Positions 1-7,501 of a DNA stretch of 24,000 bases are shown here, in pieces. Both the position numbers and the translations under genes were made by a program. How positions within the stretch are numbered: the stretch's first letter is position 1; the number at the start of each line of letters is the position of its first letter. The notes below the pieces were generated by a model that was not told the DNA's origin, did no database searches, and saw only the letters and a list, made by a program, of their open reading frames with translations. Source of the DNA: an uncultured Methanosarcinaceae archaeon (GTDB lineage: Archaea; Halobacteriota; Methanosarcinia; Methanosarcinales; Methanosarcinaceae); assembly GCA_963847185.1 (NCBI GenBank), contig CAWJYV010000009.1, positions 20,647 through 44,646 on the forward strand, written 5' to 3'.

Positions 1-515
1 TCTCTCTGGCTAACATCAAGGGCAAGGTCATGGTCAGCCGTTCTAAGGGCTCTGATCGCATCTTTTTGCATGGACCCTGCAATAAGGAACATTCTATGTA
101 CCCCTTTTTTGATAGGAAGCTCATTCGGGTTCAGAAGATCCTGGATAACTACGAAGTTTGAGCTCTCTTCAATAATTTCAGGGCCTATCAGTTTGTAGCA
201 AACTTTCCTGATTATCTGCTTTTGTTCTGCCAGTATTCTTTTTGACGAAAACTCGATTCTGTCATATCCATAAAGGTATGCCGCGATAATATCTCTCTCT
301 AATGCATTTACTTCATAACCGGTAACATCCATTCTCTTGGTTTTAATTTCCCGTTCTTCCAGAATCGGGTCTATCAATAGTTTTCCGTCTGGCTGTGCAT
401 AAAGAGCAACCCTAACGCCTGTTTTGATACCGACTTTCTCAGCCCATTGTTTAGGAAGAGAAATAATATAAGTAGATCCACCTGTCTGCTGTACTTTTCT
501 GGTCTCTATATCGAT
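1..515 (-). CDS. PhoU-family regulator with N-terminal SpoVT/AbrB domain (partial; C-terminus lies beyond left edge)
   Basis: Not in the ORF track because it runs off the window. Manual minus-strand translation gives IDIETRKVQQTGGSTYIISLPKQWAEKVGIKTGVRVALYAQPDGKLLIDP...SKRILAEQKQIIRKVCYKLIGPEIIEESSNFVVIQDLLNPNELPIKKGVHRMFLIAGSMQKDAIRALRTADHDLALDVSQR. This is an AbrB-type motif followed by PhoU-like helices. The 5' end is unresolved because there is no canonical start codon. Confidence 0.7.
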   Translation of the reverse strand, partial: MDIETRKVQQTGGSTYIISLPKQWAEKVGIKTGVRVALYAQPDGKLLIDPILEEREIKTKRMDVTGYEVNALERDIIAAYLYGYDRIEFSSKRILAEQKQIIRKVCYKLIGPEIIEESSNFVVIQDLLNPNELPIKKGVHRMFLIAGSMQKDAIRALRTADHDLALDVSQR

Positions 516-751
516 TCCCCGTTTTTGGTTAATAAGCGTAAATCTGAAACAATTAATATATAGAATTACTTATATTGGATATTCATTAATATATAGATAC
601 GCCTATTCTATATATTGAACTCAACTTTTTTATTTATATCCACGAGTTTATTCTTTTTTATAGATAAGTTTCAGAGATCTTTACCGGAGCACGTTGGGGC
701 CTGCTTCGGAAGGAGGTCGCAAAAATTATTAAATAGCAAAACGTTCTGGAC

Positions 752-1636
752 GTGATGACATTTGAAGGGTACGCCTGCGCGTCGGGGGCAGGAACCATAA
801 TAAATGCTATTGCTACCTGGAAAGGTGCAGCATTCGGGATAGATTTGAAGACCTTTGCAAAAGTTAAACTTTCAGAAAGTGAAACCGGAATTTCAGGTTT
901 TATTGAAGAGATGCCTGAAGGAGATACCCATCTTATAGAGCGCTGTGTTGAACTGGCCCTTGAGAAATTCGGAATTGAGCTTGGTGGTACAATAAAGACC
1001 AGAAGTGAAATCCCTCTTGCAGGCGGGCTCAAGAGTAGCAGTGCCGCAGCAAATGCTTCAGTCCTTGCAACCCTCAAAGCAATTGATGAGACTCTCCCTC
1101 CTCTTGAGATAGTTAAACTTGGGGTGAAAGCTGCAAAAGAAGTGGGAGTCACTGTAACAGGTGCCTTTGATGATGCTTGTGCTTCTTTTTTCGGAGGAAT
1201 TGTTGTCACTGATAACCGGGAAATGCAGCTTATCAGACGCGAAGAATTCGACTCGAAAGTCCTGATATTTGCCCCTTCCAGAAAAGCTTTCAGTGCAGAT
1301 ACGAATGTGAAAAGATCTCGATTGATTGCTCCGTATATAGAAATAGCCTACGAGCTTGCCCTGAAAGGTGACTACGAACGGGCCATGACGCTAAATGGTT
1401 TCCTTTACTGTGGAGCCCTTGGATTTGAGACTGAGCCCATACTTCGAGCTCTTGAATGTGAGGTAAAAGGAGTGAGCCTTTCTGGAACAGGTCCCTCCTA
1501 TGCAGCACTTGTGAAAGCTGATCAGATAAAGGAGCTGAAATCTGCCTGGGAAAGCTGCGGAGTTGAAGGTAAAGTCATAGAAACCACTATAACCAATAGA
1601 GATGCAATATCTTTACAAAGGGAGGGTTCTGCTTGA
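752..1636 (+). CDS. aroK: shikimate kinase, archaeal GHMP-kinase type
   Basis: 294-aa ORF with N-terminal ACASGAGTIINAIATWKGAAFGIDL and GHMP motif PLAGGLKSSSAAANA, typical of the archaeal (MJ1440-type) shikimate kinase. GTG at 752 and ATG at 755 are both possible starts. The stop overlaps the next gene by 4 nt. Confidence 0.85.
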   Translation: MMTFEGYACASGAGTIINAIATWKGAAFGIDLKTFAKVKLSESETGISGFIEEMPEGDTHLIERCVELALEKFGIELGGTIKTRSEIPLAGGLKSSSAAANASVLATLKAIDETLPPLEIVKLGVKAAKEVGVTVTGAFDDACASFFGGIVVTDNREMQLIRREEFDSKVLIFAPSRKAFSADTNVKRSRLIAPYIEIAYELALKGDYERAMTLNGFLYCGALGFETEPILRALECEVKGVSLSGTGPSYAALVKADQIKELKSAWESCGVEGKVIETTITNRDAISLQREGSA

Positions 1637-1920
1637 GCGAACTTGAAGCTGTCCGCAAAGAAATTGAAGAAATTGATAGGGAAATCCTTGCCCTCATTGA
1701 TAGAAGAGTCAATCTGGCTGAAAAGGTGCTTGAATCAAAAAGAATAAATGGAACTTCGATAAATGACCAGAAGCAAAATGAGATTGTAGTCAACAGGGCC
1801 CTAAATGCCGCAACCGAACTCAATCTTGATGTGGGGTCCGTGAAGGCCATTTTTGAAATTCTTATCAGGATGAGTATCGAACGTCAGAATGAGCTGAGTG
1901 GCAAAGGAAACCTGCCCTGA
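1633..1920 (+). CDS. chorismate mutase (AroQ-type, monofunctional)
   Basis: 95-aa all-helical [32 protein letters not shown]...[36 protein letters not shown] start overlaps the aroK stop (TTGA), consistent with an aromatic amino-acid operon. Confidence 0.8.
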   Translation: MSELEAVRKEIEEIDREILALIDRRVNLAEKVLESKRINGTSINDQKQNEIVVNRALNAATELNLDVGSVKAIFEILIRMSIERQNELSGKGNLP

Positions 1921-1939
1921 CGTCCAAGAGGAACAAAAA

Positions 1940-2332
1940 ATGGTCGACATCTCAATAATTATGGGTTCTGAATCCGACAGATCAATTGCCAATCGTGCAA
2001 TATCCGTACTTGAAAAAAACAAATATACTTTCGAAGTAATGGTTATTTCCGCTCACAGGAACCCGGAAGAACTCGACAATTACGTTAAAAACACCGATGC
2101 AAAGGTTTTTATCACAATTGCAGGTTTATCGGCAGCCCTCCCGGGCGTTGTGGCTTCAAGAACAAAAAAGCCTGTAGTAGGAGTCCCTGTAAGCGCAAAG
2201 CTTGGAGGACTCGATGCCCTCCTTTCTATAGCCCAGATGCCACCCGGAGTACCCGTAGGTAGCGTAGGAATCGACAACGGGGCAAATGGTGCATACTTTG
2301 CCCTCAGAATTCTGGATTTAATTGATAGCTAA
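1940..2332 (+). CDS. purE: PurE-family protein (AIR carboxylase / N5-CAIR mutase fold), divergent
   Basis: [24 protein letters not shown] and PVVGVPV match PurE hallmarks. ATG 1940 is chosen over the track's GTG 1898 because 1898-1920 overlaps the chorismate mutase 3' end and AAGAGGAA precedes 1940. The usual GGAAHLPG block reads AGLSAALPG here. Confidence 0.7.
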   Translation: MVDISIIMGSESDRSIANRAISVLEKNKYTFEVMVISAHRNPEELDNYVKNTDAKVFITIAGLSAALPGVVASRTKKPVVGVPVSAKLGGLDALLSIAQMPPGVPVGSVGIDNGANGAYFALRILDLIDS

Positions 2333-2343
2333 TACGTTTAAAA

Positions 2344-2440
2344 AAACCAAAGTTTTCTAATAAACTTAAAGAAACCAAAGTTTTCTAATAAACTTAAAGA
2401 AACCAAAGTTTTCTAATAAACTTAAAGAAACCAAAGTTTT
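2344..2440. repeat. 28-bp tandem repeat, 3 full copies plus a 13-nt partial copy
   Basis: AAACCAAAGTTTTCTAATAAACTTAAAG repeats exactly at 2344, 2372 and 2400, with a partial copy at 2428-2440. It starts immediately 3' of the purE-like stop. Confidence 0.95.
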
Positions 2441-2451
2441 TTCTTTTCTCG

Positions 2452-2479
2452 CCGGATTAGATTCCGGAGATTCTTTTTT
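2452..2479 (+). terminator. short hairpin followed by a T6 tract
   Basis: CCGGA-ttagat-TCCGG (2452-2467) is followed by agattcTTTTTTg. It lies downstream of the purE-like gene and the tandem repeat. Confidence 0.4.
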
Positions 2480-2661
2480 GAACCGGCTCCCAAAGTATTC
2501 CTTATTCGGGTTAATTCCTTACTCAAGCTTTTTTATTCAGGATATTCTTTTTCTCTCAGGTTGAGTTCGATATAAAAGGGTGAATAAATTGAGCTTCGTG
2601 CTAGAGAAGGGGATTATCTTTTAAAAAAGGAAATGAGATAAGGCATCTGAGTATTGGGAGT

Positions 2662-2673
2662 GGGGGGGGGGGG
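2662..2673. repeat. G12 homopolymer, followed by G5 at 2678-2682
   Basis: A direct count of 12 consecutive G in an otherwise AT-rich intergenic region. Confidence 0.9.
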
Positions 2674-3119
2674 AATAGGGGGTAAAGGATTGTCTGAGGT
2701 TTACAATAGAAGAGGGTTTCTCAGATGCCATATCCATTAATATGGCACAAGATATATAAAAATAAAGGTATACTGTTATTTAGTGGGTGTATTAAACAGT
2801 ACCCTTATTTTTTAAAGAAGAGATTTGAAAAGCAAACTGTAAGATATCTTGAAATAGCTTCTTCTTAATGAAAAAGAGCTTTCATAATAGAATTAGACAT
2901 GTGAAAAGTAAATGAAAACGAGTAATTAGAATGTGAAATAGAAAAAAAATTAAAACCCATATCCTGCAGTATTTTTTTGAAAATCACTGTTTTTTCTGAT
3001 ATATTTTTTGAAAAATATTAAAATCATTTAAAATCAAAATGAAACTCGATGAAAATTAAATACTATAATTTATATTATTGCAAGTTTTAAAAAAGGAGTG
3101 TAAAAACCCTAATTTGAAA

Positions 3120-3151
3120 ATGAGTGGAAAATGGAGGCTAGATCCACTCAT
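3120..3151 (-). terminator. hairpin just 3' of the nifK-like gene
   Basis: ATGAGTGGA (3120-3128) and TCCACTCAT (3143-3151) form a perfect 9-bp stem with a 14-nt loop, 12 nt past the stop at 3163-3165. T-rich sequence follows on the minus strand. Confidence 0.4.
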
Positions 3152-3162
3152 AGAGGTAATAA

Positions 3163-4512
3163 TCACAGAGGCCCTGCATATTTACTCATAATATCTTCCA
3201 GCAAAGTAAGCCCTCCGCTGAACCCTGCGTAACTGTGCTCCAGCACAACACGGTCATATGAAGGGAATGAAACCGTCAGATGTATGGCATTGAATTCAGG
3301 ACCGGCTATATTACTTTCGAGAGAACTCGCAAGCAGGAATAAGAAATTCCTGTCTTTTAAATTCTGCCGAATACGATAGGCATCAACTTCATAAATTATC
3401 TCGGGCCATGCAGGAGTTTCAAGGCCAGTTGTCAGCTCCTCATTTATTAATTCACGGGCTTCTTCAGGTGGATTATCCGTTATCTGGACAATGTCAGGTA
3501 GATATCCCACCTCATTTGCAAGGTATTTTGTGATGCTTACAGCCGAATTACTGTCGGCAACAACTGCGAGATACGGATGTGGTCTGACGATCAAAAGTAT
3601 GTCGCCAATATATTCTGCAAATCTGTACGCCCGCCTTTCCTCTCTGGCAATCAGATCTTCAATAATATCTGCTGAAACATCTAACCTTTCTCCGACTACT
3701 CTCAGAAACTCTGAGGTTTGCTTGGGTCCGACCGGAACTCCAGGGAAGGAGATATAGGGAGTATCAAATTTTTCCTCAAGTTTTCTTGCAGTCTTGTGAC
3801 CAATCCAGCTTGAAAGAACAATATTATATTCGGCAGCAGGAATTTTTTTCAGGTTCTCAAGAGCATCAAACTCTCCTACGATCAGATTTGCCTTCAAGCC
3901 TATTTTTTCAAGAAGCGTTTTTATCTCTCTTGCTTCCCCTTTCCAGAATATATGCTGGGAAGGGACTAGACCGAATACATTTACCAGCCCTTTCTCTTTC
4001 GGAGCCTTTTCAAGGAGCTGATCGATTACAGCGTCGAAAAAGTATTCGTAGCCATCGTACGAGGTCCCTGCAAACCCTGAGGTATTCACATGTATGATCG
4101 GGACTTCAGGGTTCTTTTCTTTATACCCTCTGATAACCGACCCCACGTCATCTCCGATAAGTGAAGGGACACAGCCGGAGATCACTGCAAATAACTCTCC
4201 ATTTACAAGTTCTACCGTTGACTCAATAAGCTTTTCAAGTTTTTTCTCGCCGCCGAAAATCACATGCTCCTCGACTAAAGAGGAACAGGGTGTGCTTGTT
4301 CCTCCGTAAGGGCCTCCGGCATTCTGGCCGCCGCCGTAAAATTGGCCAAAAAGCTGCCCGATCCCACATCCTGCCCCGGAATGGAGGATAGGAACAACTC
4401 CAAATATGCCGACGGCAGTTGAATACGCCCCTCCGAGTGCGCAGGAGTAACGCGGCGCTTCGATCGCGCCTGAAATAAGATTGGCTGTCTGTAAAGATTC
4501 ATCAATTACCAT
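3163..4512 (-). CDS. nitrogenase component-1 beta-type subunit homolog (NifK/NifN-like)
   Basis: 449 aa. RYSCALGGAY, LHSGAGCGIG and VISGCVPSLIGDD align by eye with NifK C70, C95 and C153. NTSGFAGT aligns with the S188 region. AGGTG lies upstream of the ATG, 13 nt after the D-like stop. Confidence 0.8.
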   Translation of the reverse strand: MVIDESLQTANLISGAIEAPRYSCALGGAYSTAVGIFGVVPILHSGAGCGIGQLFGQFYGGGQNAGGPYGGTSTPCSSLVEEHVIFGGEKKLEKLIESTVELVNGELFAVISGCVPSLIGDDVGSVIRGYKEKNPEVPIIHVNTSGFAGTSYDGYEYFFDAVIDQLLEKAPKEKGLVNVFGLVPSQHIFWKGEAREIKTLLEKIGLKANLIVGEFDALENLKKIPAAEYNIVLSSWIGHKTARKLEEKFDTPYISFPGVPVGPKQTSEFLRVVGERLDVSADIIEDLIAREERRAYRFAEYIGDILLIVRPHPYLAVVADSNSAVSITKYLANEVGYLPDIVQITDNPPEEARELINEELTTGLETPAWPEIIYEVDAYRIRQNLKDRNFLFLLASSLESNIAGPEFNAIHLTVSFPSYDRVVLEHSYAGFSGGLTLLEDIMSKYAGPL

Positions 4513-4525
4513 GATTACACCTGAT

Positions 4526-6071
4526 TCAGTCCTCTGCTTGAAGATAATAAAGCGAATTAGGCTGTTTGTACCACCAGTCCTTGTATGTACTCTGGGTCTT
4601 TTCTTTCATAGTTCTCTGGTACGAATGACTTTTCAATGACTGTAAAAGGAAGTTTCCAAATGCAATCGCTCCCGTATAACCGCTCTGGGCACTCCAGGGA
4701 TGTGGATCTGACCTCAGGGCATGTACCCTTGTAACACCCTTGTCGCGCTTGAATGCACCTCCCTGGAACGGGCAGGTCATTGCAATATCGGGATCTCTCT
4801 GGTTTGTTATGTGGGTCTGTTCTGCAGCCTGGAAGGTATTTACCAGAATGTCAAAGTCCCCCATCTGGGTGATCAGTTTCTCAAGATCCCTGAGTATTAG
4901 GTTGTCAAAGTCCTGGCACATTGCGGCTGAAGATTTAAGGCCGAGTTCGTCAAAGTACGGGACCTGAGCCAGAAGCCTTCCCTGTCCAAGTGCGCCCAGC
5001 ACTTCTATCTTCTCTCCATTGCCTTTGAAATTTTCAAATTCACTTCTGATTGCTTTCAGCTTCGGAAGCCACTTTTCATGTTCCTCTTTGATAAGGGCTT
5101 CTACTTCCTTTTCTTTTCCAGTATGTCTTGCAATCTCCCTCAGCCATTCATCCGTATGTGCAACTCCCATCGGAGAGGGATATAGGAAATAGGGAACTCC
5201 ATATTCCTGTTCAAGCCCGCGGGCGAGATAGTCAGTATAAGTCGGGCACAGTGGTGCAGTAACTGCAGCTTCGGAAAGTTGCTCAAACTGCTCCACAGAT
5301 GCAAATTCGGGAATGAAGTTAACTCTTAGACCTACTTTTTCCAGCAGGCGTTTTATTTCCAGCCTATCCTGCCATGTATAGGAAAGCATACTTGCTACAT
5401 TTACGAGATCTTTCTGTTTCTTTTCCGGTTTTTTGACCAGGTACTTTCAGGACGGCGTGCCAGAAGGCATCATAGCCGGTCTGGACAAGCCTTGAGCGTG
5501 AGCCCTCACAATGGATAGGGACGATTGTTGCTTTTACCTGCGGCTGGTATTTTGCAACAACTCCTTCAATGTCCTCTCCGATTATTCCTGAGGTACAGGA
5601 TGTAAGTATGAAGATTGCTTTTGGATTGTACCGTTTCTCAGCCTCGAGGATTGCTGCGCCGAGTTTTTCTCCGGCACCGTAGACGACATCTTTTTCTCCT
5701 ATGTTTGTCGTAATCCAGTGAAGATCGTAATTGGCAGGGCGCCCAAGTTCAACAGGCACGTGCCTGTAGAGTTCACGGTATCCGAGAGCTGAAGACGAGC
5801 AGCCTACAGGTGCATGATATATAGCTACAGCATCACGGATTGTTCCGATCCTTACTGAAAGGTAGAAGTTCAGAACACAACCACTGGACTGCTGAAAATT
5901 CCTTCCTCTCTGCCTCAGGCAGCCTGTACGGGCTTCTTTTACAAGGTCACTTGCTTTTCCATACCAGACATTTATGCCGTTTGCCCTCTGTTCTCTGTTG
6001 GGACATGTGGCCCGTGATAGGTCGATTTTTTCTTCGATAAGTTCATTTTCAGTAAGTTCTGTTTCTGACAT
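4526..6071 (-). pseudogene. nitrogenase component-1 alpha-type subunit homolog (NifD-like), interrupted by a 1-nt frameshift near 5444-5448
   Basis: Track ORFs 5364..6326 and 4526..5389 are the N- and C-terminal halves of one NifD-like protein. The span of 1546 nt equals 3n+1. GGAG lies 9 nt upstream of ATG 6071 (MSETELTENELIEEK...). Joining at CTG AAA G TAC restores ...FWHAVLK/YLVKKPEKKQKDLVNVASMLSYTWQD... It could be a true pseudogene, a sequencing error or a recoding site. Confidence 0.75.
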
Positions 6072-6164
6072 CAATATTACTCCGTAAGATACCCGGTTTC
6101 CGTAATGAATTCGTCTCCATTTTATTCTGCTCCTGGCATCACTACGTCTAATTGAAATCAGTGG

Positions 6165-6232
6165 ATATATAAATCGGGAATTCAGCAAAAATGTGACCTT
6201 GTTTCTCATTATCCGAAATTTTGCGGCAAAAA
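6165..6232 (-). promoter_or_regulatory. nifD-like promoter: palindromic motif, 24 nt, second motif, 7 nt, TATA
   Basis: On the minus strand the order is TTTTTGCCGCAAAATT (6217-6232), 24 nt, ATTTTTGCTGAA (6181-6192), 7 nt, TTTATATAT (6165-6173). The same arrangement occurs at 12023-12090. Confidence 0.55.
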
Positions 6233-6470
6233 CCAATACCCTAACTTCCGTCTTTTTAGGCGCATATATTCTTTTCCGCATCTCTGAGAGGTCAGATGAT
6301 TGCTGTTTGGAAATTTTACCTTGCATCTGATGTGCTTAAGTTTAAGCGCATTAGTTGATATCAGGTGACATTTATGTGCTTAAAAATGCGGAACCAAGGC
6401 CAATATAGGAGAAATTCAAGAAAATTTACTAAAATTCATAAATCCCAGAAGAAGTTAGGGAGGAAATAAA

Positions 6471-6590
6471 ATGACCAAGATAACCGATGAATTAGTGATT
6501 CGTGGAAACCACATTAAAAACAGAATTGTAATGGCTCGTATGGTTACTTTTTCCTTTCATGGAGATTGCCCGACAAGAAATGATGAGTAA
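6471..6590 (+). pseudogene. 39-codon stub resembling the N-terminus of an Old-Yellow-Enzyme-type NADH:flavin oxidoreductase
   Basis: GGGAGG, 7 nt, then ATG. MTKITDELVIRGNHIKNRIVMARMVTFSFHGDCPTRNDE* contains the OYE-like LKNRIVMAPM-type block, then stops 25 nt before the HepT gene end. It is below the ORF-track size cut-off. Confidence 0.35.
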
Positions 6591-6614
6591 AATTAAGAGT
6601 CTTAAAGGGAGATT

Positions 6615-6965
6615 TTATTCGAAGTTTTTTTCTTCCAGTATCTTTTGAATATCCCTTTTCAATTCAGGCAATCTTTCATTTGCAGTATTCCAGACAACAC
6701 TCAAATTTACACCAAAATAAGCGTGGATTATAACATCCCTGATTCCTGCCATTTTTCTCCAGGGAACGAATGGATATTTCTTTCTTACCTCTTCAGGAAT
6801 ATGTTTTGTTGCTTCCCCAATAATTTCAAGTGCATGGTTTACAGCAAAAATTGTTTTTTCATCGGAAACAAATTGATCGAAGTCCATTCCTTCAATAAAA
6901 TGTTCACAACTTTCAATAGTTTCAAGGATATCTTGCAGATAATTTTCGACATCACGCTCAATCAT
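6615..6965 (-). CDS. hepT: HepT-like (DUF86) ribonuclease toxin
   Basis: 116 aa with an Rx4HxY motif (IRDVIIHAYF). It overlaps the upstream nucleotidyltransferase gene by 4 nt. Confidence 0.85.
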   Translation of the reverse strand: MIERDVENYLQDILETIESCEHFIEGMDFDQFVSDEKTIFAVNHALEIIGEATKHIPEEVRKKYPFVPWRKMAGIRDVIIHAYFGVNLSVVWNTANERLPELKRDIQKILEEKNFE

Positions 6966-7294
6966 ACCTGCACGACCTCTTCAAGAATCCTTTTCCCAAT
7001 CCTCGGTTTTAACGCGCTTTTCATTACGAGATCCACTTCCAGGCCAAGTATTTCCGAAAGCTCCTGTTTGAGCCCGATGAATTCTAGGAGGTCAGGTTCT
7101 TTAGAGAATTCTACAAGAATATCAAGATCGCTTTCTTCTTTTTGTTCTCCGCGAACGTAAGAACCAAAAATTCCCAGATAGCTGACGTTATATTCCTGTG
7201 TAAGTTTTGGAAGATGCTGACTAATAATTTTCGAGAAATATGCTGCATCCTTTGCTTTTTTGTCACTTGACTTGGTGATGGTATTAACTGTCAT
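6962..7294 (-). CDS. mntA: MntA-type minimal nucleotidyltransferase antitoxin
   Basis: 110 aa with LGIFGSYVRGEQKEESDLDILVEF (the GSxxRGx5SDxDxxV motif). It forms a type VII toxin-antitoxin arrangement with HepT. Confidence 0.85.
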   Translation of the reverse strand: MTVNTITKSSDKKAKDAAYFSKIISQHLPKLTQEYNVSYLGIFGSYVRGEQKEESDLDILVEFSKEPDLLEFIGLKQELSEILGLEVDLVMKSALKPRIGKRILEEVVQV

Positions 7295-7501
7295 GCATCC
7301 TCATAGTCTTGAGTTTAGGTTATTACTCGTGAAATTAGTCCTGTAATATATTTTTGTGTTCAGTATTTAAAAGTAAGGCTTAATTTACCTCTGAATTTTA
7401 GTCATATAACTTGCTAATCCTCTTCTGTGATTATACAGGATTTCATAATTTCGAGCTCTTGATATCTGATATTACCTTATTTTGATCCATTCATGAAACG
7501 G

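Noticed and set aside
658-1209. 183-aa minus-strand ORF antisense to aroK
   Set aside because: It is entirely antisense to a well-supported gene, with Ala/Ser/Pro-rich low-complexity composition and no motif.
2344-2440. Possible CRISPR array, given the regular 28-bp repeats
   Set aside because: The copies are directly contiguous with no unique spacers, and no cas genes or leader are present. It is a plain tandem repeat.
6072-6326. 85-codon N-terminal extension of track ORF 5364..6326
   Set aside because: The extension is basic and low-complexity, and it runs across the TATA box and both promoter motifs. A GGAG-ATG start at 6071 begins the NifD-like homology.
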